DNA from: Bacteroidales bacterium UBA3808
GTDB taxonomy: Bacteria > Bacteroidota > Bacteroidia > Bacteroidales > Paludibacteraceae
Direction: 5' to 3'
DNA: 64,000 nt
Assembly (NCBI GenBank): GCA_002369075.1
Contig: DFEG01000010.1
Span: forward strand, 2-64,001
This document shows, piece by piece, positions 1-9,325 of this stretch. The translations under genes were made by a program, and so were the position numbers. The notes below the pieces were generated by a model. That model searched no databases, was not told the DNA's origin, and worked only from the letters and a program-made list of their open reading frames with translations. The first letter of the stretch is position 1. The number at the start of each line of letters is the position of its first letter.

Positions 1-234
1 ATCAACGGTGTAGAGGCAAGCACATCAGATGTAAAAGCCATCAACCCGAAAGATATTATCCGCGTGGAGTACCACGACCAACCAGGTGTGCGCTACAACG
101 GTGCGGCTGCTGTAGTTGATTATATCGTCAAGCACCGCGACACAGGCGGTCGCGAATCTCCTGCAGCGCAAAGGTATCCCGCCCGAGCGGATGGTGGTGC
201 GCTCGTACGGAGAGGAACACCCCTACCGCTATAA
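1..234 (+). pseudogene. ORF fragment cut by the window edge, resembling the plug/N-terminal region of a TonB-dependent or outer-membrane beta-barrel protein; it ends abruptly
   Basis: Frame 1 is open from base 1 (INGVEASTSDVKAINPKDIIRVEYHDQPGVRYNGAAAVVDYIVKHRDTGG...), with TAA at 232-234. Similarity judged by eye only. Confidence 0.3.
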
Positions 235-301
235 CACCCGCAAACAACTCTCCAAGGACCGCCGCGTGGAGATTATCCCTGAGATGAAAAACAAACAATG
301 A
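116..301 (+). pseudogene. OmpA-family C-terminal (peptidoglycan-binding) fragment lacking the N-terminal half of the domain
   Basis: ...AVANLLQRKGIPPERMVVRSYGEEHPYRYNTRKQLSKDRRVEI is an OmpA_C-like tail. In-frame TAG at 113-115 lies immediately upstream. The ORF overlaps the frame-1 fragment. Confidence 0.4.
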
Positions 302-411
302 GAATGAAATACCTGTTGATAGTATTATTGGTGGTCTGATTGCCTCCTGCTTGCCGTTGCATAAACCTTTGCATAAAATGGACTATTTGCAAACAATATT
401 ATAAAAAAAAA

Positions 412-443
412 CTTGTATAATTCAAAAATTCTTCGTACCTTTG
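412..443 (+). promoter_or_regulatory. Bacteroidota sigma-A type promoter (-33 CTTG, 20-nt spacer, -7 TACCTTTG)
   Basis: CTTG at 412-415 and TAnnTTTG at 436-443. The same 20-nt spacing recurs at other promoters in this window. Confidence 0.6.
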
Positions 444-550
444 CACCCGAAATAAATGACAAAATGGTAAATGACCAAATGGTAAATAGATTTACCCCCC
501 CCCAACGAAGGGGTGCAACATAAAGAATATCAGCAAGTTCGCAGCCATAA

Positions 551-588
551 AGGCGGCGCATAGTTTCGTACTATGTGCTGCCTTTTTT
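551..588 (+). terminator. Intrinsic terminator-like hairpin plus T-run
   Basis: aggcggcgcatag / ctatgtgctgcct imperfect stem, then TTTTTT at 583-588. Confidence 0.55.
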
Positions 589-738
589 GCATGTATTATT
601 TAGTCCACAGATTAAGCAGATTAAACGGATAAAAGAAATTTTTGGATCATTTTTGATAATTTTTGACTGATAGAAAATAACAACCCAATTAACGTGGCGC
701 AAGCCACATAGTATTAACAATTAAAAACAAAAAACATT

Positions 739-1914
739 ATGCAAAAAATCTTTACTATTCTTTTCGCCGCGCTCATGAGCGTAGGCATGTATGCAACCAC
801 CGTAACGTGGGACAGCAACACCTTATCAAGTCTCTACTTATACGGAGGTGAATCATTCCCTGAAGGTGGTGTCACGTTGACGGTATTGGAAGGAGAAGGA
901 GAAATTTTTGAGACGAGTTGGATGGGGGATTCTGAAAATGCCTCATTTAAGTTCTCGACTTCTTTAGGAAACTTCACGAGGATTGAAATCACTGGAACCA
1001 TTTATACGCTTGGTGGAAGCGGTTGGACGGAAACAAGCCCGGGTGCTGTGTGGACAGGTGATGCCAACGAAACTACATTTGGTATGAATTTTGAAGATGT
1101 CTCACAAATTGTATTTACCATCGCAGAACCTGCTCCGACGACTTACACCCTGCAACTCGTGGCTGATCCGGAGAAGGGATCGGTAGCCTTACAGAACCCA
1201 AGCAGCGACATCATTGACAATGGTAATGGTAACTACACCGTGCCGGAGAACGCAGAGGTAACGATCCTCGCTACCCCGAACGAGGGCTATGAGTTCATCG
1301 GCTGGAAAGCAGGAAATACTGATTGCGATTTTACCGATTGCGGATACGCTCTCAACACCACAGAGAACCCGATGACCATAGGCTTGGTCAATGACATAGC
1401 TATCATGGCTGAGTTTGCAGCAGTTACTCCCCAACCGGCAGAGGAAACCACCACTGTTACGTGGGACAGCAACACCTTATCAAGTATTGGCTTATACGAT
1501 GAAGGTGAATCATTCACTGAAGGTGGTGTCACGGTGATGTCATTGGATGGAACAATTGATGGGGAGTTTAGAGAATGGGCGGGGTATTCTGGTGATGCCT
1601 CATTTAAGTTCTCGACTTCTTTAGGAAACTTCACGAGGATTGAAATCACTGCAACCATTAATGGGCTTGATGGAAGCGGTTGGACGCAAACAAGCCCGGG
1701 TGTTGTGTGGACAGGTGATGCCAACGAAACTACATTTGGTGGTAATTTTGAAAATGTCTCACAAATTGTATTTACCATCGAAGAACCCGAACCGACTGCG
1801 GTGGAGAATGTACAAACCAACCAACTGCAGAGCACCAAGGTTCTCCGCGACGGTCAGATTCTCATTCTCCGTGGCGAGAAGACCTTTACCGTAACCGGAC
1901 AAGAGGTAAAGTAA
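739..1914 (+). CDS. Secreted protein with two copies of a ~110-aa module flanking an InlB-B-repeat-like domain, and a T9SS-type C-terminal sorting domain
   Basis: N-terminal signal-like MQKIFTILFAALMSVGMYA. TVTWDSNTLSS...SFKFSTSLGNFTRIEIT occurs twice. The GYEFIGWKAG repeat type is present. The tail is KVLRDGQILILRGEKTFTVTGQEVK. Confidence 0.7.
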   Translation: MQKIFTILFAALMSVGMYATTVTWDSNTLSSLYLYGGESFPEGGVTLTVLEGEGEIFETSWMGDSENASFKFSTSLGNFTRIEITGTIYTLGGSGWTETSPGAVWTGDANETTFGMNFEDVSQIVFTIAEPAPTTYTLQLVADPEKGSVALQNPSSDIIDNGNGNYTVPENAEVTILATPNEGYEFIGWKAGNTDCDFTDCGYALNTTENPMTIGLVNDIAIMAEFAAVTPQPAEETTTVTWDSNTLSSIGLYDEGESFTEGGVTVMSLDGTIDGEFREWAGYSGDASFKFSTSLGNFTRIEITATINGLDGSGWTQTSPGVVWTGDANETTFGGNFENVSQIVFTIEEPEPTAVENVQTNQLQSTKVLRDGQILILRGEKTFTVTGQEVK

Positions 1915-1947
1915 AGGTATAGCAAGGGTTTAGCAACCCTATACGAT

Positions 1948-1980
1948 AAGCAAGTGGCTGAAAGGTCACTTGCTTTCGTT
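1948..1980 (+). terminator. Hairpin terminator after the 739-1914 gene
   Basis: aagcaagtg (1948-1956) pairs with cacttgctt (1967-1975). Confidence 0.5.
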
Positions 1981-2000
1981 ATGTGGAATCAAATATTTTT

Positions 2001-2028
2001 CATCTTTCATCTTTCATCTTTCATTTTT
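2001..2028. repeat. 7-bp tandem repeat CATCTTT x3-4 directly upstream of a start codon
   Basis: catcttt catcttt catcttt cattttt, followed by ATG at 2030. Confidence 0.9.
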
Positions 2029-2029
2029 C

Positions 2030-2461
2030 ATGACAAAATATGTTATTAATCAGTTCCATTTTCATGGACACTATTATGCCGGTGACCACATCGACATTCA
2101 TGACAATACTTCTGTTAACTTGTATCAAGGAGAATATTCCGGAGGAACAACCGCACACGAGACATGCGTGGAGGACATAACCCCCGTGGAGAGGGCGGAC
2201 ATCCCTGATTCGATAATCTTCACCAAGAAAGCCCAACAGGAAGGCAAAATACCGGCTATCATCCATGCCCTGAAAAAATCTGTGCAGGGCAGAAGGGATA
2301 AAACACGCGCTTTCGTCCAAGAACTCCAAGATTGGCAAAGAGATGGATACGTAGATGCCCACTATAATGCGCAAGTCATGTTCGATGAATTGCAAAAAAT
2401 CATACCTCTGCCATTCGGCTACGAGGTGTTCAAAAAGCACTATAACAACACGCGGTATTAG
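2030..2461 (+). CDS. Hypothetical protein
   Basis: ORF 1970-2461. ATG at 2030 is the likely start (MTKYVINQ...). No recognisable motif. Confidence 0.5.
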   Translation: MTKYVINQFHFHGHYYAGDHIDIHDNTSVNLYQGEYSGGTTAHETCVEDITPVERADIPDSIIFTKKAQQEGKIPAIIHALKKSVQGRRDKTRAFVQELQDWQRDGYVDAHYNAQVMFDELQKIIPLPFGYEVFKKHYNNTRY

Positions 2462-2530
2462 TACCGATTTAGTACCGAATTAGTACCGAAAGTACCGAAC
2501 GAGTACCGTCTGTACCGAACGAGTCCCGAT
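2459..2530. repeat. Array of seven (A)GTACCGA motifs with 9-11 bp spacing
   Basis: GTACCG starts at 2461, 2472, 2483, 2492, 2503 and 2512, with GTCCCG at 2523. The array overlaps the stop codon of the 2030-2461 gene and runs into a terminator hairpin. Confidence 0.9.
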
Positions 2531-2555
2531 TTTCGAGGGCTCGTTTTTTTATACC

Positions 2556-2563
2556 TACCTTTG
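2556..2563 (+). promoter_or_regulatory. -7 promoter element TACCTTTG
   Basis: TAnnTTTG lies 45 nt upstream of the 2608 start. It is preceded by the hairpin cgagtcccg...gagggctcg plus a T-run (2516-2550). Confidence 0.5.
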
Positions 2564-2607
2564 CACCGGATTTCGGATAACTAACCATCCCCGAGTCCCA
2601 TGCATTT

Positions 2608-3255
2608 ATGAATTTTAATCCCAAGACATGGCAACCTATTGCCATTGACGCCTTCGGGCACATCACCGCCCAAGGCACACCTACCGACCAGCCCTCGCAA
2701 TGGCTGCGCATCTACACCATTGACGGCGGGATCATCGACGCCAAACGATGCCCGCTACCCGAACGGATAACTTGCTCCGGTTCTTATCCCCACAGGGGAA
2801 CGATTGCTTCTAAACCGGCTTTGTTCTGCTCCCGCGACGGGCACTTTTTCTCGCTCACCAACAACGGTACCACCCTCCGCGAGGTCAAACCCATTTACTC
2901 CCCGAGCATGCAAAACAACCGTCCGAACATGCACTCGGCTTACCCTCAAATGCGCCATTTCGGCAGCAAAGACTGCCACCATCTCATGTACGAGACTTGG
3001 GTCGGACCACGTACCAAAGGTATGGAGATCGACCACATCAACGGCAATAAGATGGATTGGTCGCTCACCAACCTCGAAGAGGTCACGCCCGCGGAGAACC
3101 GCAAGCGCGCCAAGATCCTCCGCTGCATGCGCGCAGCCGGCAACGACCCGAAGCAGTACAGCACGGCACGGCTCAAAGCCATCTTTGCCCAATACGAACT
3201 CATGGACGGAGACACACAAATGAAACGTGAAATGAACAGACACCAAGAACAATAA
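2608..3255 (+). CDS. HNH endonuclease family protein
   Basis: HHLMYETWVGPRTKGMEIDHINGNKMDWSLTNLEEVTPAENRKRA is an HNH_3-type motif (H...DHING...N...N). Confidence 0.7.
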   Translation: MNFNPKTWQPIAIDAFGHITAQGTPTDQPSQWLRIYTIDGGIIDAKRCPLPERITCSGSYPHRGTIASKPALFCSRDGHFFSLTNNGTTLREVKPIYSPSMQNNRPNMHSAYPQMRHFGSKDCHHLMYETWVGPRTKGMEIDHINGNKMDWSLTNLEEVTPAENRKRAKILRCMRAAGNDPKQYSTARLKAIFAQYELMDGDTQMKREMNRHQEQ

Positions 3256-3269
3256 AACACAGACAGATT

Positions 3270-3641
3270 ATGAAAACAGAAGCATTGAAAGAACTGCGCG
3301 AGTTGCGCAACCAAGAAAAAGCTATCAAAGCACGTATTGACGAGATCAGCGACGAGGCTACCCGCGAGGCCGTGGCGATCGCGCCGGACGGCGGTGAGTT
3401 TGAAGTGGACGGGCAGAAGTACCAGCTTCAGCGGACGGAGGTCATTGATATGATGAACTCCCGTCGCTACAAGGGCGAGGACGCCAAGCGGTGGCGGAGT
3501 CTCGCCGGGCAGCGGGATTTTGCCAAGAAGACCGCTTCGGCTTACACCAAGGAGATGGGGGCGATCGTCAAGTCCTTTGTCGCTACGCACCCCGATTGGG
3601 AGCCCGACGAGATCAAGCTCACGGTGAAGGTGATAGAATAA
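3270..3641 (+). CDS. Hypothetical protein
   Basis: 123-aa ORF, 14 nt after the HNH gene. No recognisable motif. Confidence 0.5.
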   Translation: MKTEALKELRELRNQEKAIKARIDEISDEATREAVAIAPDGGEFEVDGQKYQLQRTEVIDMMNSRRYKGEDAKRWRSLAGQRDFAKKTASAYTKEMGAIVKSFVATHPDWEPDEIKLTVKVIE

Positions 3642-3642
3642 A

Positions 3643-3722
3643 AGACCCCACCCAGCCTCCCCTGAAGGGGAGGAGAAAAGCCCCCCTTCTCCCCCTCTGA
3701 GAGGGGGTCGGGGGGGGGCGGC
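3643..3722. repeat. GC-rich palindromic REP/MITE-like element, copy A (inverted relative to B and C)
   Basis: Contains ccttctccccctctgagagggggtcggggggg, the reverse complement of the core in copies B and C, plus the hairpin cctcccctgaaggggagg. Confidence 0.85.
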
Positions 3723-3821
3723 GAAAAGACAAAAGAGAAAAGAACCAAAAGAGAAAACCATGCGGATTGCTTATAATCTCTTAAAAAAAATATTTATTTA
3801 TAAATAAAAAAAAGCACTCTT

Positions 3822-4202
3822 ATGGAATCATTAAACGAAGCGATCGATAAAAAATTCTCCAAATCGCTACTCTGCCTGCTCAAACTGGTGGACCCCGAGC
3901 GCAAACACGGCTTCGAACAACCGCTCATCGAGAAGTGGAACAGGCTGACCCTCGACGAGCAGCGCAAGCTCTACCTCTACCTGCTCTACCGCCGTTGGCG
4001 GGGACTGCCTTTCTTCGGCACGCCTTACGAGATCGTCTGCAACTGCCACCCGCAGCCCTTCAACTGGAACGGGCAGCCCATGATCAACCGACTCATGAAG
4101 GAGACGAAGATGGTACGGGCTTTCTACAACGGCAACTACGGCATCTACACCGCCGACGAAGCCCGTGTGTGGCAGATGACCAATGTGGAACCGCTGAATT
4201 AA
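3822..4202 (+). CDS. Hypothetical protein
   Basis: 126-aa ORF. No recognisable motif. Confidence 0.5.
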   Translation: MESLNEAIDKKFSKSLLCLLKLVDPERKHGFEQPLIEKWNRLTLDEQRKLYLYLLYRRWRGLPFFGTPYEIVCNCHPQPFNWNGQPMINRLMKETKMVRAFYNGNYGIYTADEARVWQMTNVEPLN

Positions 4203-4206
4203 CGAT

Positions 4207-4276
4207 TTGCACTTCTCGCGCATACTTGCGCGAGCCGCCAACATCTTGCACTTCTCGCGCATACTTGCGCGAGCCG
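4207..4276. repeat. Two direct copies (39-bp period) of a 31-bp unit, each containing an 8-bp-stem hairpin
   Basis: ttgcacttctcgcgcatacttgcgcgagccg at 4207-4237 and 4246-4276. The inner inverted repeat is ctcgcgca-tact-tgcgcgag. Confidence 0.9.
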
Positions 4277-4282
4277 ATCACC

Positions 4283-4320
4283 CGACCTTTGTCGGACTAA
4301 AGTCGGACTAAAGTCGGAGG
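4283..4320. repeat. 11-bp tandem repeat GTCGGACTAAA (2 full units plus partial units)
   Basis: Units at 4291-4301 and 4302-4312, with a partial unit at 4313-4320. The same unit recurs at 63109-63178. Confidence 0.9.
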
Positions 4321-4363
4321 CAAGTGCTATACTGACTAACAAATTCTTTACCCATTTCAAGTT

Positions 4364-4600
4364 ATGAACAAATACGCAATTACATTCCCGACCCTCATCG
4401 CCCGGCTGGAGAGGGCTATCCACTACCCCTGCGGGGAGAAAGGTTTTCAGACACTCATGTACGGCTGGATTACCAAGTACGGAAAGGTGTCGCGACAACT
4501 GCTGAACAGCAGAAAAAAAAGCGACGGCGAATACTGGCTCTCATTCGGAGAAGCAACACATTTCTCCAATTATGCGGGCTACAACCTCACGCACGATTAG
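4364..4600 (+). CDS. Hypothetical protein
   Basis: 78-aa ORF followed by a terminator at 4627-4657. Confidence 0.4.
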   Translation: MNKYAITFPTLIARLERAIHYPCGEKGFQTLMYGWITKYGKVSRQLLNSRKKSDGEYWLSFGEATHFSNYAGYNLTHD

Positions 4601-4626
4601 AAAACTATGTGATTTTAAACGAAAAC

Positions 4627-4657
4627 TGGGTGGCACTATTGTCCACCCCGTTTTTTT
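4627..4657 (+). terminator. Intrinsic terminator
   Basis: GGGTGG (4628-4633) pairs with CCACCC (4643-4648), followed by T7 at 4651-4657. Confidence 0.65.
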
Positions 4658-4661
4658 GTAG

Positions 4662-4669
4662 TACCTTTG
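4662..4669 (+). promoter_or_regulatory. -7 promoter element TACCTTTG with no obvious protein gene downstream
   Basis: TAnnTTTG. The downstream 370 nt hold two GC-rich palindromic elements and end at a strong terminator (5011-5042). Confidence 0.45.
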
Positions 4670-4690
4670 CAGTCGAAAATTATAAGTCGA

Positions 4691-4746
4691 AGACCCCGAC
4701 ACCCCCCGACCCCCTCTCAGAGGGGGAGAAGGGGGGGGGAGGAAGG
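4691..4746. repeat. GC-rich palindromic REP/MITE-like element, copy B
   Basis: agaccccgacaccccccgaccccctctcagagggggagaagggggggggg. Confidence 0.85.
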
Positions 4747-4927
4747 CAAAAGGCGAAAGGTTATAGGCGAAAGCAAAAGGGGGGCAATTCAATTGCCCTG
4801 AAACTACCAAGAAAGAGAAGGCCGGATACTATCCGGCAAAATTAACGAAGCAAAAGGGCGGCTCTGGGGAGCCGATGTCGGAATATGATTCCGACGCAAT
4901 GGAAAAAGCAAAAGTCGAAAGTCAAAA

Positions 4928-4996
4928 GGGAGGAGAAAGACCCCCCCCGACCCCCTCTCAGAGGGGGAGAAAGGAGGGGGAGGTTGGGTGGGGTCT
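4928..4996. repeat. GC-rich palindromic REP/MITE-like element, copy C
   Basis: agaccccccccgaccccctctcagagggggagaaaggagggggaggttgggtggggtct. The termini agacccc/ggggtct are inverted. Confidence 0.85.
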
Positions 4997-5010
4997 GGGA
5001 GAGGCAAAAG

Positions 5011-5042
5011 AGCGTTCCCTATACAGGGGAGCGCTTTTTTTT
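5011..5042 (+). terminator. Strong intrinsic terminator
   Basis: agcgttccct-ataca-aggggagcgct stem followed by T8. Confidence 0.7.
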
Positions 5043-5061
5043 ATGAAAAAATGCACGCGCA

Positions 5062-5093
5062 CTTGCGTATGTCAATTTTTTTTACTATCTTTG
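5062..5093 (+). promoter_or_regulatory. gyrB promoter (CTTG, 20 nt, TATCTTTG)
   Basis: -33 at 5062-5065 and -7 at 5086-5093. The atgtcaattttttt upstream context is shared with the promoters at 26887 and 51960. Confidence 0.6.
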
Positions 5094-5140
5094 CACCCAA
5101 ATTCGTGTGCGCGGGTGTCGTAATGCGCGTGTGCATATTT

Positions 5141-5175
5141 ATAATTGATAATTGACAATTGATAATTGACAATTA
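5141..5175. repeat. 7-bp tandem repeat A(T/C)AATTG x5 in the gyrB 5' leader
   Basis: ataattg ataattg acaattg ataattg acaatta. Confidence 0.9.
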
Positions 5176-5193
5176 ATAAAGCGAATATAATAA

Positions 5194-7215
<2,022 letters not shown>

Positions 7216-7345
7216 TTTTGGTTTTCTCTTGGCATCTTTGGTCTTTCGGTTCGGTCATTATGCCCGCATAACTCCCTCACCGGAAAAACCAAATCTGCTC
7301 AAGACAAATTCCAAAATCGGGTGAAAGAATAAAAGAGTGAATTAA

Positions 7346-7879
7346 ATGAAAATTGTAGTTTATTGTTCGGCGAAGGATGCGATACCCGAGGAGTATCTCG
7401 CGTTGGGGGATGAGTTGGGTACGTGGATCGGAGAGAACGGCCACACCTTGATCTATGGCGGTGCTACGGGCGGACTCATGTCACGCACCAGCAATGCCGC
7501 CAAGGCGGCGGGAGCTACCGTCATCGGTGTTATACCGCCGCGGATCAAAGCCGCCGGACGCAAAGCCGATAACTGTGACGAATTGTATATGGTGCAGAAT
7601 ATGTCCCAGCGCAAGCAGATCATGCGTGACATGTCCGATGTGATCGTCTGTCTGCCCGGCAGCTACGGCACGCTCGACGAAATGATGGACGCCACCTCCT
7701 CCGCGATCGTGGGAGAGCACCATAAACCTACCTTTGTGCTGAACTACAACGGCTTCTACGAACCCCTCAAACAGCAGATAGCACGAATGCGCAGTTTGAA
7801 TTTTATCCCCGAACAGGAGGCCTACAAACCGATCTTCGTGGACACCTTAGAGGAACTATACGATAAAATAAATAATTAA
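7346..7879 (+). CDS. LOG family (TIGR00730) nucleotide phosphoribohydrolase-like protein
   Basis: GGATGGLM and PGSYGTLDE motifs; 177 aa. Confidence 0.8.
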   Translation: MKIVVYCSAKDAIPEEYLALGDELGTWIGENGHTLIYGGATGGLMSRTSNAAKAAGATVIGVIPPRIKAAGRKADNCDELYMVQNMSQRKQIMRDMSDVIVCLPGSYGTLDEMMDATSSAIVGEHHKPTFVLNYNGFYEPLKQQIARMRSLNFIPEQEAYKPIFVDTLEELYDKINN

Positions 7880-7962
7880 TGTATGAAGGTTCGTGCTAGT
7901 CGAGTGTAAGCTCGCTTACGCAACTCGACGACGCCGAAGCTCCAGAAAAAACAAAGTTTTTT

Positions 7963-9270
7963 ATGAATTTATTTGCAGCCAGACTAACCGGCAAAATGAG
8001 CTCGACCGAAGCGTTCGAGAAAACCGTTTACGAGATGCAGGAACGTGTCGCACGTTGGCGTCAAATCGAGAAATCGCCAGAACTGGCAGAGTATCTGGAC
8101 CTGAAAAAGAAAGTGGAGAGTTCGGCGTTCCAGGAACGCAAGAACGAACTCGTCAACCGCAAGTACAAGGACACCGACGAGGGCCGCAAAATGAGTGCGC
8201 TTGAGCGTCTGAACTCTTCCCTGCGCATGAAAGGCTACAAGTACGCGCTGGAGAACGAGAACTTCCAGGCATTCCTCAAGTTCCGCGACAGCGACGCCTT
8301 CCAAAACCGCGATGACAACTCCGTCTCCGCCTCCGAGCGCCGTATGTACAACATGATCTACCGCTCCGCCTTCTATAAGAACTACCAGAAGGTGCTCAAC
8401 TCGTCCGAACTCAAACAACTCACCGAGCTGGAGAAAGAGACTGCCACCGAGGACTTCAAGAAACGCAACGCCCTCTGGGCGGATTCCAAACGCTGGCAGC
8501 ACTCCGAGGAGTACAAGGTCGAGCAGCGCTATAAAGCACTCGCCAACTCCGACGATATCAAGTTCTACTACTCCCAGCGCGAGCAGAAGATCGACTGGGC
8601 GGAGCTCTTCCGTCCGTCCTTTGACGACGACATGTCGTCCTCCAAGAACTGGCAACCCGGTTACGGCTATGCCAACCCCGCAATGAAGGACGGTCACTCC
8701 CGTACCACCGAGCGTCAGGCGTACAACGGCGGTAAAAACACCTTCTACGTGGACGGCCGTATGGACCTTGAGACGCGCGAGGAAACCAAGAAAGCCGTGG
8801 CGTGGGACGAGAAGAAAGGTTTTACCGAGCATGTATTCGAGTACACCTCCGACGTCATGAACACCAAAAAGGCGTTCGCACAGGAGTCGGGTATGTTCAT
8901 GGCAAAGGTGCGCACACAGGGCGTGGGACACCATTTCTTCGGTCTCTCCACCGGCAAGCCGGGTAATCCGATGATCGCGCTCTACCACTACAACGGCTCG
9001 ACCCACCAGATGGGTCTCGTCAACGGCGCCAAGACGCAGATGGTTGACCTCACCGGTGTCCTCCGGTCCATGTATCACGTATATACCTTCCGTTGGAACA
9101 AGAACGAGCTGATTTGGTATGTGAACGACATGGAGGTGCTCCGCCTGCCGAACCGCCTGCCCCAAGAGGCGATGTTCTACCTGGCGCAGAGCTGGCTCCC
9201 GATATCGGAGAAAGGCGGCACCGGCAAACTCAAAGTACAGTGGGCACGCGCCTTCCACTCCGCAGAATAG
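7963..9270 (+). CDS. Hypothetical protein with a C-terminal concanavalin/GH16-like jelly-roll domain
   Basis: The C-terminal ...YHVYTFRWNKNELIWYVNDMEVLRL... resembles GH16/LamG-fold proteins. The N-terminal half is helical and charged. Confidence 0.5.
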   Translation: MNLFAARLTGKMSSTEAFEKTVYEMQERVARWRQIEKSPELAEYLDLKKKVESSAFQERKNELVNRKYKDTDEGRKMSALERLNSSLRMKGYKYALENENFQAFLKFRDSDAFQNRDDNSVSASERRMYNMIYRSAFYKNYQKVLNSSELKQLTELEKETATEDFKKRNALWADSKRWQHSEEYKVEQRYKALANSDDIKFYYSQREQKIDWAELFRPSFDDDMSSSKNWQPGYGYANPAMKDGHSRTTERQAYNGGKNTFYVDGRMDLETREETKKAVAWDEKKGFTEHVFEYTSDVMNTKKAFAQESGMFMAKVRTQGVGHHFFGLSTGKPGNPMIALYHYNGSTHQMGLVNGAKTQMVDLTGVLRSMYHVYTFRWNKNELIWYVNDMEVLRLPNRLPQEAMFYLAQSWLPISEKGGTGKLKVQWARAFHSAE

Positions 9271-9319
9271 TTGACAATTGACAATTGACAGTTGACAGTT
9301 GACAGTTGATAGTTGATAG
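9271..9319. repeat. 7-bp tandem repeat TTGA(C/T)A(A/G) x7 filling the intercistronic spacer
   Basis: ttgacaa x2, ttgacag x3, ttgatag x2, between the TAG stop at 9268-9270 and the kdsA ATG at 9326. Confidence 0.95.
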
Positions 9320-9325
9320 TTGGGA

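Noticed and set aside
325-561. 78-aa minus-strand ORF
   Set aside because: It spans a plus-strand consensus promoter, the tandem mini-ORF repeat and part of a terminator. The composition is AT-rich and low-complexity.
3491-5123. ORFs 3491-3700, 3542-3748, 4541-4810, 4609-4845, 4804-5007 and 4875-5123, encoding P/G/E-rich peptides (PLSEGEKGG, PLRGGEGG)
   Set aside because: They only exist because they read through the GC-rich palindromic repeat copies, in both orientations. No independent coding signal is present.
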